This document shows positions 12,330 through 26,200 of a stretch of 64,000 bases of DNA, piece by piece. Numbering within the stretch: position 1 is the first letter of the stretch; each line of letters starts with the position of its first letter. The DNA is taken from positions 47,740,001 through 47,804,000 of the forward strand of contig OZ024747.1 in assembly GCA_964016885.1 (NCBI GenBank), read 5' to 3'. Source of the DNA: Eledone cirrhosa. Lineage: Eukaryota. The translations under genes were made by a program, and so were the position numbers. The notes below the pieces were generated by a model, which searched no databases, was not told the DNA's origin, and saw only the letters and a program-made list of their open reading frames with translations.

Positions 12330-13830
12330 GATATATGTAAGAAGGCTAAACAATGTAAAATGGAGAGCAAGATGAAAGCAACGAAAAAGTTAATTACCTG
12401 GTAATCATTGTTTTTTTTTTGTTTTTGTTGTTTCTATCATGTTTCGGGACTTAAAATTCCCTTTGTCAGAGTATAAGGGAAAAACATTCCAGTTTAGTCG
12501 CTTTGAAATTAGGTTTAAATTCAAAATTTATAAACCATTGTTTGATGTTTGCTGTAGTATGCACGAGAAGCAGGAGGTGACGTCAATTGTTATATGTAAT
12601 ATCTGATAGAACCAAATTGTGTGTGTGTGTGTGTGTGTCATTTTATGTTAGGTATTATGTGATGAATTCCATTTGGCAGTATCGGTAGAGGGTCGGACGC
12701 CATGCTTTGACGCATAGAGTTACGGCCCTTGCCATTCTGAGTTCAAATCCCGCTGAGGTTAACTTTGCCTTTCATCCTTATGGGGTCGATAAAATAAAGT
12801 ACCAGTAATACACTGGGTAATTGCTGGCCTTGTGCCAAAAGTAGAAACAATTATTGATTTGTGGCTTGAGTCTATGTATGAGCAAGGCTTCCTTTATTCT
12901 TAAATTGCCCACATTTCTCTCTCAGGTCTCAATACTGACAGTAATATTTTTGTTGGTGTTTCTGCATTTGTCAATGTGTTTTTTTAATGAGGATGTGAGT
13001 GTGTTGAGGTGTTCTTTAAGGTGATTGCGGAGTGCTCGAGTCATGCTACCAATGTACAACCCCATACATTTGATGTGTTCAATCCGGTATACTAAATGTG
13101 TCTGCTGGCACATACCTGTATCGTGGATAGGGTAGTTAGTCAGTGAGCATTGACTGTTGTTGTCTCTGGATTGCTTTTTAGACAGGTATCCATGCAGTGA
13201 AGGGCTGGAATGTGCAGTCTTATGCTTGTGGCGCCTTCAATTCTTAAGACGATTCACTGTGGATGTTGGGTATCCATTCATCTTCAGTACATCTATGAAG
13301 TATGCAATGCGAGTGATCGGGTCATCTGTCTTGCAGCATTTATTACAGATATATGTAAGTTCATTTCTTATGTATCTGGTTGGTTTTAGCACCAAGGGGA
13401 AGGACTGACCTATAATGCACAAACAGGTCTCTGCTAGTGGCTTTTCTATAGAAGTTGGCGTATATAGTACCTTCTGTTATTCTAAGCTGGAAGTCCAGCA
13501 GAGACAGGGAACCATTTTTACCGGGGTGTTCTATGGTGAATCTTATGTTGTTATCTATGTTTGAGAAGGTATGTCATAGATATTATGTCGGCCTCTTCAC
13601 CAGATCATGTGAGGATGGGTATATCATTTATGTATCGGGTGAAGGAAACACAGGAGTAGCAGGTATTGAGCACTCAATGTTCCAGTTGGTTCATATAGGT
13701 GATGGCTAGAAGGCCTGAAAGACTGAATCCCATAGTTTGTATATGTGGTGGTGGCATGTGAAATATGTATTTTCTACGACAGATAGAAGCTGATGTATGT
13801 CATGTGGGGTGAGGCTGAAACAATATATGT
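12330..13830 (-). mobile_element. Penelope-like element (RT end + GIY-YIG), degraded, with SINE insertion
   Basis: RYINDI, LDFQL, YRKATSRDLF and LVYRIEHIKCMGLYIGSMTRALRNHLKEH; decayed hammerhead at about 12434-12472. Confidence 0.8.
12674..12856 (+). mobile_element. tRNA-derived SINE family B (Nin/Deu-like domain)
   Basis: TGGCAGTATCGG A box, GAGTTCAAATCC B box, GCCTTTCATCCTTATGGGGTCGATAAAATAAAGTACCAG domain, (ATT)n tail; older copies at about 8230-8450 and 62260-62680. Confidence 0.75.
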
Positions 13831-14184
13831 TGTATCAAATGATGCAGTCAGTCATTAGGTTGACCACAGGATAGAATACCATAGATCCTTTTGTCTTGTT
13901 GATATAATGATTAGTACTACTGTTATGATAAAATACACCTGGTATACTCTGTAAAGGGGTTGATTAAATGCTGATAACATAGAATAGAGAGGACACTTTA
14001 GTCTTCTCAAGGTCTTGGCAACCTCTGTAGTGCTGATGCCATAATAAAATACACCCACTACACTTTCTAATATAGTTGGTGTTAAGCAGAGCATCCAGTT
14101 GTAGAACTAATACCAAAATTGTTATGTATGTAAGCAAGATGTGGTCCATCATCAGCCAACCCATCAAGGAGTGTAGTAACCCTG

Positions 14185-14518
14185 TCATCATCATCATCAT
14201 TTCATTTTACGTCCGCTTTTTCCCTGCTTGCAAGGGTGGGACGGGAACTGATTCTGGCTTGATTTCTACAGCTGGATGCCCTTCCTAACACCAATCTCAT
14301 TTACAGTGAGTGCTGGGTGCTTTTTTGCCGTGGCACCTCCACGACCACTTTGCAGTGGAATGATATGGACCCCAGTCCCTATCATCTCATTTCTACAGCT
14401 GAGTAAACTGGAGCAATGTGAAATAAAGTGTCTTGCTCAAGGAAACAACACATCACCCGGTCTGAGAATTGAACTCACAACCTTTCGATTGCAAGGCCAA
14501 TGCTCTAACCACTAAGCC
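14185..14518 (-). mobile_element. SINE family A copy
   Basis: Near-identical to 48013-48346. Confidence 0.85.
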
Positions 14519-14689
14519 TGTATAAGAACTAACTTGGATCTTGATAACCAGTTCAACTCATGCCGGCATTGAAAGTGGATGTAAATGATGAAGAAAAATG
14601 GCTTTACCAAGAATTTTTTTTTTTAAAGTTGAAAAAAAAAAAAATAAATAAATAAATAAAAATAAATAAATAAATAAATAAATAAAAAC

Positions 14690-14780
14690 AATAAAAAACC
14701 CAGAAAAACACAAACTCAAGTAAATCATTTGTATTGTACAAAAACATTTTCTCTCTTTTCCTTTCTTTCATAATTTTAAT
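14690..14780 (-). terminator. Candidate PNUTS polyadenylation region
   Basis: Minus strand has ATTAAA (about 14775-14780) and TGTAC-AATACA (about 14730-14740), followed by a GT/T-rich tract; this would give a 3'UTR of about 500 nt. Confidence 0.35.
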
Positions 14781-15083
14781 CTTTTCCTTTGTTTTCTTAT
14801 TTTTGGTTTTCTGTGAAATGATAGAGTGAAAGGGAGAGAGAAGATAGTGTGTGTGTGTGTGTGTGTGTGTATAATTGTGTGAATGTGTGTATGTGTATAA
14901 TTGTGTGTATGTGTGTGTGTGTGTGCCCTCTATTCCTCCTTGTCTAAGAGACAAGTTCAGTTTGTACACAAGGGGAATTCTTCAGGGCCAGGGGTGAAAT
15001 TTATAGAAAGATGAACGATGGCAATGACATGATGTAGGGGATGTTTCTTTACACGCACGCGCGCGCACACACACACACACACA

Positions 15084-15115
<32 letters not shown>

Positions 15116-15237
15116 CCACAGGATGGCAGGATGAAATGCAGTATCTTATGTACAGGCACAGAAACAAAAAATAATATAATCTCCCCCGTCCTTCCCACAA
15201 AAGAACCAGGCATGGTTCTCTAAAAGCTTGCTTCTTG

Positions 15238-15338
15238 CTATAATGGTGGGCCATTTATACCAGGATGTAGAAATGCACAGTTGCTTCCATAACGACAGCC
15301 ATTCGGAGAAGTAAAGTGCCGGCATATTTTCGGCAAAT
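15238..15338 (-). CDS. PPP1R10: PNUTS last coding exon, CCCH zinc finger and TAG stop
   Basis: Polypyrimidine acceptor ctctttctctttgcag; encodes [33 protein letters not shown]; this frame is absent from the ORF track. Confidence 0.95.
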
Positions 15339-16624
15339 CTGCAAAGAGAAAGAGAAGAGGAAAAAAAAAAGGTTATCAATATGGTAATTATTATCATTAC
15401 TATCATTACTATCATCAGCCTTGTCATCCACCACCTCCACCACCATCAATATTGTTACAATCATCCTAATCATCATCACTCCTATCATTACTATCAAGTT
15501 ATTACGTGACAACCTACTGTAAGCAATTGAAGAGACTTGTGGCTAGAGCAAAGCTCCAACCAGACAGAGAGTGACTTGGCGGTGGAAGAGCACGGTAGAG
15601 AGAGCCATTAAAGACAAAAGACAAGCATGGAAAGATTGGAAAAATGGGGGAGAGTAGAGACCAATACCCAGCCGATAAAAGAGAGGCTAGAAGTCAAGTA
15701 TGCAGGGAAGGTAAGAGTAGGAGGTTTGTCAATGTCCTGCGACGAGAGGATCAGAAAGGTGAGGTGTTCTGCATTGAAAGGCAGTGTGTCAGTGTAAATC
15801 AGGATGTTGTTGGAGATAAGGGCGTCTGAAATCATACTGGCACACTTAGTGTCACTGATGCTCAGAAAAAGGAGGCCTGGAAATGTCATTATGAGAGACT
15901 GATGAATGTGGAGAACGAATGGGAGAGAGAGAAACTAACCCCAGTAGACCCAACAGAGGGACCAGCTATTGAGATTGACGACTATAAGGTCCAAGAGGCA
16001 ATTAAGAAAATGAAAAATGGTAAGGCCGCTGGACCGTCGGGGATAGTTGCTGAGATGCTGAAGGCATCAAGAGAAGTAGGAACTAAACTGGTTGCACGCA
16101 TAGTCAATCAAGTTATATATGGTGGAGGCATACACAAAGACTGGTGCAGCGGTATTCTTGTAAATTGCTACAAAGGTAAAGGGGATGCTCTGGAGAGGAG
16201 CAATTATAGGGGCATAAAACTGATGCATAATTATTATTAATATTCAGTAGAGCAGAGGTCCTCAGAGAGGGGGCTTGAGAAGGTCCAGAGGGGCACTGGG
16301 GCCTAAGAGGATGGTAGAGAAAAAGAGGGCATTGGGAGGGAGAGGCTGTAAGTGTTATTCTGCCCATGCAAGTGAATGTGCACATGTGTGGAAAATTGTC
16401 TCAGATTCATCAAATTTTCTTACAGACATCAGATTGCTATCAGAATAATATTCTAATAAAACGTATTTGATGTTGCTCATGAGGAGTCATCAAAATGTTT
16501 CTACACACACAAATGCCACAACCATCAGATGGTTGTGGCATTTGTGTGTGTGAAAGAAAGAATGGACAGATTAATATTCCTCTATATTTCTGTCTCTCTT
16601 TCTTTCTCTCTTTTTCTGCCACTG

Positions 16625-16655
<31 letters not shown>

Positions 16656-17157
16656 CAACATCATCATTTTATGTCCGCTTTTCCCTGCTTGCAAGGGTGG
16701 GACGGGAACTGATTCTGACTTGATTTCTACAGCTGGATGCCCTTCCTAATACCAACCTCATTTACAGTGAGTGCTGGATGCTTTTTTCCGTTCCGTGGCG
16801 CCTACACGTCCACTTTACAGTGTGGGTTGGGTGGTTTTTTGCCGTGGCACCTCCACGACCACTTTGCAGTGGAATGATAGGGGCCTCAGTACTATCATCT
16901 CATTTCTACAGCTGAGTAAACTGGAGCAATGTGAAATAAAGTGTCTTGCTCAAGGAAACAACACATCACCCAGTCTGAGAATTGAACTCACAATCTTTTG
17001 ATTGCAAGGCCAATGCTCTAACCGCTAAGCCATGTGCCTCCCTGTTTTATTGATGGCACACTGTATCTCTCTCTAGTTTTAAAGTGCCCAGGATTTCCTC
17101 TCCTTTGAGCACATTATTTACAGGGAACAGCGAGAGTCTATGGCTCCGTTAATGTAT

Positions 17158-17201
<44 letters not shown>

Positions 17202-20200
17202 ATACTTTGGGAGGGTCATGTTGCCAATAAGAAACACACGCACCAGTTGCTTTCACTTCAATTTATTATAATAAATTTATAATAAATTTATAAATTTATA
17301 AATTTCTGGTTGGTTGGTTGGTTCCACAACCAGATAGTTGTTTATATATTGTCATAGTTCTTTCGTCACACACTCTGTGACCTCTTCAGTGACTGGGGAT
17401 TCCTTTCTTTGTTTCTGTGCCTCTCCTTTGTTCTGTCCTACGCCATTTTGTTTCTGTGTGTGTGTTGTGTGCTCAGTCTGCGCATGCGCCACATCCGGGT
17501 GTCTGTGTGTGTTTATGTTCATTTATTTATTTGTTTATTTACATGTTACTGGTTGGTTGTTTGTTCTATGTGTGTGTGTGTGTTTTCATTTTGTCCTTAA
17601 TTGTAAGTTGTGATGTTGCTGTTCCACTCATATTTTCTATTTAATTTTGGTTGTAATTCTTTTATGTTTATTGCCTCTGTCTTTTCTGTGTGTAGATTCT
17701 ATTTTTATTTCTATGTTCTCTAATTTACCCTTGTGTTCTATTTTAGCATGTTGGTAGAGTACAGATGATTCTTTACTATCTTGAAGGTCTCGCCAGTGTT
17801 CATTTATCCGTTCCCCTACACTACGAGCTGTCTCACCTATGTACACTATATTTTTGTCTCTACATTGTCCTTCAGTACATCTTATGCTATACACTACATT
17901 TCTAGTTTTACAGTTAATATGGGGGCTTATTTTACAGGTTAAACATTTCTTATCTATACATGAGGGTCTTTGAAAAGGGTGTGTTTCTTATTGGCAACAT
18001 GACCCTCCCAAAGTATAACAATATCGGTTTCAACACACGATTTCAGATAAAGAATCTTGCTAAACAAATTCAGAAACGAAATATATATATATATATTTAT
18101 TTATTAAAATAACAGATTGGTTAGTTTCAGAAGATCCCGTTAAGGGTGAAAGCAGCGATTCTTTGCTTAAACTTTAATCTGTTATTTTAATAAATATTTG
18201 CTCTACGGTTCTTATATATTTGATATATATTTATCCTTATCGAGCCTTCTTTGGATTTTAGTCTTCAAATTTATTATTATTACTATATATATCTATATAG
18301 ATAAATATACACGGGTGTGTATGATTGTGTATAGAAGATTATATTAATAAAAGGAATTCCAACTTTGTCTGATTTACTCGTTTTATTTACAATCCTTTAA
18401 AATTTATAATGGTATTAGAATGAAATAGTATGGTAGAATATTAAATGCTAAGTGAACAAGTACTTTCATGCTTTCGCAATCTTCAGGTTCATAATGTGAG
18501 GTGACAGTCAAGTTTGCAATTTTCAACTGTTGAAAATTGCAAATTTGACATGTGCAATTTGCACCTCTCAAAGACAATGATACAGGATCGTGATCTTTGG
18601 CGTTATGCAGTAATACAGAAGACACGCCTTCCCATGTACACAAGACTCAAACACACATCTTGTAGGCACCTCTTAGCCGCTATACTCCCACGCCCCTACA
18701 CCCACCCTCCTACTCCAGCCCACTCTACCCTTGCCTTCTAAAGTTATGTAAATGACATCCAGCCCGCACTGTAAAGTGGTTGTGTAGGTGTCACAATAAA
18801 AAGCACCCAGTCCACACAGTTAAGTGGCCGCATAGGTGTCACGATAAAAAGCACTCAGCCCATACTGTAAATGTGGTTGGCGTTAGGAAGTGTATCTAGC
18901 TATCGAAATCTAGCCAGAACAGTTCTGTATGAGTAGGATACAGTCACCTGACCCAATCTGCCTCAAATGGAACAACCCATCTAACCCATGCTAGCGTGGA
19001 AGGTGGATGTTAAACGGCAATGATGATGATGATATATACACACAGACCCAGGAACTGAACTATATTTGAGTGGAGGCCTGTTAAATTTCACTCTCTCTCT
19101 ATTTCACTCATCCAGAGAGAGGGAGAGTGAAATTTAACAGGTCAGCTGTACCATATCTATTCAAAGATAGTTCAATTCCTTGACCACTGATGGGGGAGGG
19201 GGTTGTAACAGGTCAGTTATAACTTCCAGCTGTTATAAAAATTTCACTCTTTCTCTTGTTTAACTTTCTATCTCCCCCTCCCTCTCTCTTTGCATATTTC
19301 TTTCTTGTTGGTGTATGTGTGTGTGATATGAACTTACAACCTCCTTCACTCACATTTAAAGTTGAAGGAACAACATTTCACTTTTTAAAAAATAATATTC
19401 TAGCTAATTTTGTCTAATTATGTTTTGCATCATAAATATTATAAACATTTTAATTGATGTTAATAATTCCATTTATCAAAACACAAAGAATAAGATTTAA
19501 ACTTTTCATGTGTGTGTGTGCATATATGTGTGTTTGAGTCCCAGGTACATCTCTATCATCACCGTTTTACGTCCGTTCTTCCATGCTAGCATGGGTTAGA
19601 CGGGTTGTCCTGTTGTGAGCAGTGTCTGGTCAGCTGACCATGCCTTGCTCATACAGGAAGTGATTTTGGCTTGATTTCTACAGCTGGATGCCCTTCCTAA
19701 CACCAACCTCATTTACAGTGAGTGCTGGGTGATTTTTTCCGTGGTGCCTACACGTCCACTTTACAGTGTGGGCTGGGTGCTTTTTTGCCATGGCACCTCC
19801 ACGACCAGTTTGCAGTGGGAGGGTGTGGGGCATATTGTCTATATGCTTCAGCTTGTACCCATGGGGGGTCGGGCACTCTGTATTACAGCGCGACGCCAGA
19901 GGTCACGGTCGTGTGTCATCGCCTTTGAGAGGTGTAATTGGGTAAGGTCGGCTTTTATCACCTCATCCCATGTCTTCTTGGGTCTCCCCACTCCGCGGTT
20001 TCCATTGACTTCTAGTGCTCTGCACCTTTTTATGCAGCTGTCATCCTTCATACGTATCACATGTCCATACCAACGCAACCATCTCTCCTGCTCACAGCAT
20101 TTGATTCCTCTTATGCTCAGTCTCTCTCTCAATTCATTTATGATTTGCCGTTCGTGTATATTACTATTACACATCTATCGGAGCATGCAGGCTTCGTTTC

Positions 20201-23200
20201 TTTCTAATCTACGTAAGTCTTCCACCTTCAGTGCCCAGGTCTCACTACCATGTAACATTGCTGTTCGTATACACACATCATATATCTATATATATAAAAT
20301 TTTTTGTCTCTCTGTCTGTCTGCTCCTATGCATTCTCAAATGGCTGGACCAATTATTAGACCCTGGGAGTGTCAACATGTAATTTTTATTTTCATTTGGA
20401 TTAAAACAATATAATATTTTATCTAAATTTTCTACCATCTCCACACTTCCATTTCGTACCCAGTCCAAACCTCCAATCTTGCCAAATCCTAAATGTAGTT
20501 GACGTATTCCTAAAACAAATCTGTATTTTTTGTTATTACTTGTTAAATACGAGTTTTTGTCGTATTGAACAGAACAAATCTTGTATTTTTGTTAATCGCT
20601 TGTTAAATACGAGGACCCCATTCAATCCTTACCTTATAGCTATCTACCCCCCCCCCCCCCCCCCGCCCCCACGCACCACCATTGTTATTACGTGGACCAA
20701 TCATAAGCCAGAGCCCCCACGCACCACCATTATTATTACGTGGACCAATCATAAGCCAGAGCCCCCACGCACCACCATTATTATTACGTGGACCAATCAT
20801 AAGCCAGAGGCCTATACTATTGCTTGCCTGGTTTCCTTTCGATATATGATGGATGGACTACGGAAACCTGGAGAGTGGAAGAGAGAGAAAAATCTGGACG
20901 CTCAGCGACAATGCCAAAGATAAAGACAAATTCACCTCATGGACGAGAATGCGACCACTCCTCTTTGTTTCGGCCGCGGATGGCTAACATAACCCCATCT
21001 CCCCCCGCCTCCCACCGCTCCCACCCTCCAAACGCAATCCAAAACTTCAGAGTTGGTACCATAAATGTAGGCACCTTAAAGGGTCGCGCTAACGAGGTTG
21101 TAGAAATGCTTGAACGTAAGGAGGTCGATGTTTGTTGTATTCAAGAGCCCAGGTGGAGGGGTGGGTCTGCTAGATTCATTGTGGGTAAAAAACGATGCGA
21201 TAAGCTTTTCTGGGTGGGAAATAACGATGGGCTGGGTGGAGTAGGAATCATGGTAGCAGAAAAGTGGGCAGATAAGACAATAGACGTAAATAGAGTGAAC
21301 GACAGAATAATTAAAATAAGACTTGTCCTCAATAGAACTACGGTGACAGTAATATCTGCGTACGCACCCCAATCCGGACTGCCCGGCACTATAAAAGACA
21401 GATTCTATGAGACACTGATGCTCACTACCTCCCAAATAACCGACAGTGACTATATAATTATTGCAGGCGACCTAAATGGTCACGTTGGACAACATTGTGA
21501 TGGCTACGACGAAATCCATGGAGGCTATGGGTTTGGTACTAGAAATGAGGAAGGCTCCAGAATCCTGGAATTCTGTGACGCAAATAACCTAACCATCTGT
21601 AACACTAACTTCAAAAAACGTGACAATCACCTGATCACCTATAGATCCGGGGAACACACAAGCCAGGTAGATTATATCCTTACCAGAAGACGCGACAGAG
21701 TGTCTGTTGTAAACACTAAATCCCTCCCCCATGAAGAAAGCACCCCCCAACATAGACTGATAATTAGCGACCTCATAGTCAGGACAAGACGTACCCGACA
21801 GCAGAAGAGAACTATCCTCAGGAGAAAAATATGGAAGCTAAAGGACCCCACAGCCAGAAATAAATTCCAAAGCATATTACTTGATGCTTTCGACAGTAAG
21901 GAAGAGCATTTAGAGTCGGACAATATAGAGGGACAGTGGGAATTCCTGAAGGCAAACCTGCTGATGGCGGCAGACGAAGTCTGTGGCTGGAGCAGGCCTG
22001 TAGGCAGGAGGAGAGTAACATGGTGGTGGAACAGTAAGGTGGAGGGGTCAATTAAGGCCAAAAAGCAGGCTTGGAAAGTATGGCGGGATGGGGGAAGTAG
22101 AGAAGACTATCAAGTGGCCAGGAGGGAAGCTAGGAGACAAGTGTACTTCGCAAGAAGGGAAGCAGAGGAAAGAAAGTTCAAGCATGTTCTACAACGCGAG
22201 GACCAAAAACGTGAGGTGTTCAGGATTGCTAGGCAATGTGTCAAGGAAAACCGTGATATTGTCGGGGAGAAGTGTGTACTTAATGATGACGGCGTACTTG
22301 CCATCACCGACGCTGATAAGAAGGTAGCTTGGAAGTGTCACTATGAAAGGCTACTAAATGAGGAGAATAAATGGGAGAAAGACAGTCTCCCCCACATCGA
22401 CCCAATAGAGGGACCAGCAGTGTTAGTCGAGGGTAGTATAATAAGTAAGGCAATCAAGGATATGAAGACGGGTAAGGCAGCTGGGCCTTCGGAAATAGTT
22501 GCTGAGATGCTGAAGGCATCTGGCACGGTGGGACACACCATGGTCACCCGGATAGTTAACCAAGTTGTACAGAATGGTGTTGTTCCGAAGGACTGGCGTA
22601 GCAGCATCATCGTTAACTGTTATAAGGGTAAAGGAGATGCCCTAGATAGGAGTAACTATAGAGGCATTAAATTAATCGACCAGGTCATGAAGGTCACGGA
22701 AAAAGTAATAGCGCAACTAATCAGAGAGAGAATTGACCTAGATGAAATGCAGACGCTCTTTTCATTGTACGACAACTACAGGAGAAGTACCTAGCTAAAA
22801 GTAAACCCTTCTACTTAGCTTTTGTCGACTTGGAGAAAGCCTTCGACAGAGTCCCCCGTTCCATTATCTGGTGGGCTCTTAGAAAACTAGGTGTCGACGA
22901 ATGGCTTGTGAGAGCTATACAAGCCATGTATAAAGAAACAGTCAGCAAGGTTAGAATTAACAACGAATATAGTGAAGAGTTTAGCGTAAAAGTTGGCGTC
23001 CATCAGGGCTCTGTTCTCAGCCCCCTACTATTTATTATTGCCCTTCAGGCTATAACAGAGGAGTTCAAGACCGGCTGCCCATGGGAACTCCTATACGCAG
23101 ACGACCTAACACTCATAGCTGAATCAATGGCCGAGCTAGAGAAGAAATTCCAAACATGGAAGCACGGCCTAGAATCAAAAGGCCTTAAAATTAATCTGGC

Positions 23201-26200
23201 TAAGACCAAAGTTCTAGTTTGTAGGAAAGAAAATAAGGCGGCGGTCCCTTCCGGGAAGTGGCCATGCTCAGTGTGTAGGAAAGGCGTAGGTAGAAACTCC
23301 ATTTTGTGTCAGAAATGCAAAGTATGGGTGCATAAAAGATGTAGTGGGATCACAGGTAAGCTAACTAAGAACATAGATTTCACATGTGGCCGGCGCTCTG
23401 GTGCAATAAGTAGCAGCAAGTGCCCACAAAATACTAGCTCTTTCAACTGCGCAGAGGGCTCTATAGAAATAGTGGACAGCTTCTGTTACCTGGGTGACAA
23501 AATCAGCAGTGGGGAAGGGTGCTCTGAAAGTACAGTAGCTAAAGTCAGAACTGGATGGAAAAAGTTCAGAGAGCTTATACCACTATTAGCCGCTAAAGGA
23601 TTCTCCCTAAAAATGAAAGGCAGGTTGTACGATGCCTGCATACGAACAGCAATGTTGCATGGCAGTGAGACCTGGGCATTGTGTGCAGAGGATATACGTA
23701 GAGAGGAACGAAGCTTGCATGCTCCGCTGGATGTGTAATAGTAATATACGTGAACGGCAAAGCATAAACGAACTAAGGAAGAAATTAGAAATAAGAGGGA
23801 TCAGATGTTGTTTACTCGAGAGAAGGCTACGTTGGTATGGACACATGATGCGCATGAAAGTCGATAGCTGTATAACAAAGTGCAGAGCAATAAAGATAGA
23901 CGGTAGCCACGGAATAGGCAGACCTAGAAAAACCTGGGACGAGCTGATAAACTCCGACCTCACACACTTACACCTCTCCAAGACAATGTCACTGGACCGA
24001 GACCTTTGGCGGTACTCAGTAATAGAGAAGACCCGCCTTACCTAAATACATAGTAAAACCTACTACAGTCAGTAGGCATCTCTAACAAAATACACCCCCG
24101 TCGCACCACCCCCGTCCCACCACCCCCACCCCATCCACACCGCCCCCTTCTATGTAAAGTTGTGTTGGTGCCACACCATCCAGGCTGAAACAAATGAGAT
24201 CGTGTAGGTGTCACGACAAAAAAACACACAGTCCACGCTGTAATGTGGCCGTGTAGGCAACACGGTAAAAACCTCCCAGACCCACACTGTAAATGTGGTT
24301 GGTGTTAGGAAGGGCATCCAACTGTAGAAAACCTGCCAGACAGTCCTATGCGAGCAAGACAATCACTCTTGCCTCAAGTGGGAAAACCCCCGTCCAAACC
24401 CATGCAAGCGTGGAACACGGACGTTAAACGTTGATGATGATGATGATGATGATCTAAAATAACATTTCTATAGTGAACTATAGTAAACCACCACCACGAG
24501 TCACATTTTGTATATGAGTGTGAGTATGTGTGTGTTTGCGAGTTTGTTACTATGTAAGTTCATACACATTATCTTCATACACAGACAATTAAACACACAC
24601 ACACACATCTACATATGTGATGACAGACAAGTGTGCGTGAATGTCTGTGTGTGTCTGTTTTAGTATATGTATGTGAGTGTGAGAGTGTGTGAGTGAATGT
24701 GTGATAATTTTTATTTTCATTTGGATTAAAACAATAGAAAACAACACACCGATGTCACATTTTGTATACAAATATGTATGTGTCTGTAAGTGTGTGTGAG
24801 CACGTTCATTAGGTACGTTATTAAATACACACACACATCTACACATATGTAGCGACTGACCAAAAATGAGGTTAAAAGCTATGCATTAGTACATGCGAGT
24901 CTGTGCAAGCTCCGAATTACAGAGTGTGGAGATCTTAGAATTATTCTTAGTACAATTCAGCCTGAGAAAGAGAAGCTACTTTCACTTCAAACTCATCCTT
25001 CTCATTGAACTCCGCCCTAAAAACCTATCTGGATGGGCTGTTTTGGTGGTATACTATTGACTTCTCCAATATATGTTGTAAATTTGTACATTATTTTATT
25101 GAGTAAGAATATATTTGGGTATGTAGAAAAGTCTCTTTTTTTGGCTGTGGATTGTGGGGTGCTATGAATTTATTATTTATAATATTATCATAGTATTGTA
25201 TACGCAAATATAATAGTATATTAAATATCAAATGATAAAGCAAAGTTGACTTTGACAAGATTTGAACTCAAAATGGAAAAAGTTTTAACTAAATATTGCA
25301 AAGTATTTTGTCCAAAGTTCTACTGATACTGCCAATCCACTGGCCTCAGATATAAAGAAATAATTGAGCCCAATACTTTTTTGTTCTAAGGTCAAGCCGA
25401 CCTCAGAACATAAAAGGTTAGGGCAAATAGCAGAAACGATTTTGTCCAATGAGCTAACACAGCCATTCATAAATAAAAATAATAATAATAATGGTACATA
25501 CCTCTTCCATTTCGTCCTTGTCTTCCTCTCATTCCCTGAGGCATTGATCTATTGTTACGAGGTGGATAGTTACGACCTGAACGATTTCCTCTCATTGGGC
25601 CGGGACCAGGACCTTGGTCCTGACATGGACCAGGTCCGGGTCCAGGTCCTGGGCCACATCCTGGTCCTGGTCCATGTCCATGACCTGGGCCAGGTCCAGG
25701 TCCAGGACCCATTCCTGGACCTGGTCCATGACCAGGTCCAGGCCCAAACCCAGGACCTGGTCCGGGCCCAGGACCTGGTCCCATTCCAGGACCATGAACA
25801 CCAGGACCAGGTCCCATGCCAGGTCCTGGTGGACATGGTCCAAATGGTCCAGGTGGACCAGGCATACCTTGAATGCCAGGATTAGGAGGGCACCTAGCCC
25901 CAGGTGGTGGACAGTCTAGTGGACCTTCATGCCAATTGTCTATGTACTCTGGGGGATAGTCTTGGTGGGGTTGTATGGGTGGGCCACCTAAACCTGTAGA
26001 ATAGAAAAATATAGAAATGTATTAAAACCATAGCAACAGTTTATGTGAAATATTGACAAACAGGAAAAAGATACAACTGAAGAAATAGGAGCATCAACAT
26101 GTAATGACATGATAAAAGCTGAAAACTGAGAAAGGAGTGGTAGGTCACACCTGGGTAAATTTAAACACCTGGGTAATATTTATAGGGTGCTTTAATGATA

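Noticed and set aside
15419-15517. Possible extra PNUTS exon after cttacag acceptor
   Set aside because: The needed frame hits a stop, and exons 25502 and 15338 already join in phase.
20810-20990. HDV-like ribozyme in the RTE 5'UTR (also 40421-40570)
   Set aside because: Known for some RTEs, but I could not fit the nested double pseudoknot by eye; it needs a descriptor search.
20824-22794. 656-aa ORF as a host gene (CFDP2-like annotation)
   Set aside because: It is the APE and linker part of an RTE LINE, truncated by a frameshifting deletion.
20283-24890. Helitron enclosing the RTE element (also a Helitron-like 5' end at about 35360)
   Set aside because: 5' motifs are suggestive and a 30-bp segment recurs at 20380 and 24705, but I could not identify a convincing 3' hairpin plus CTRR end.
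25364-25919. Plus-strand ORFs rich in DQ/VQ or WTRS
   Set aside because: Antisense and alternative-frame shadows of the PNUTS GP-repeat exon; GP dipeptide periodicity also rules out collagen G-X-Y.
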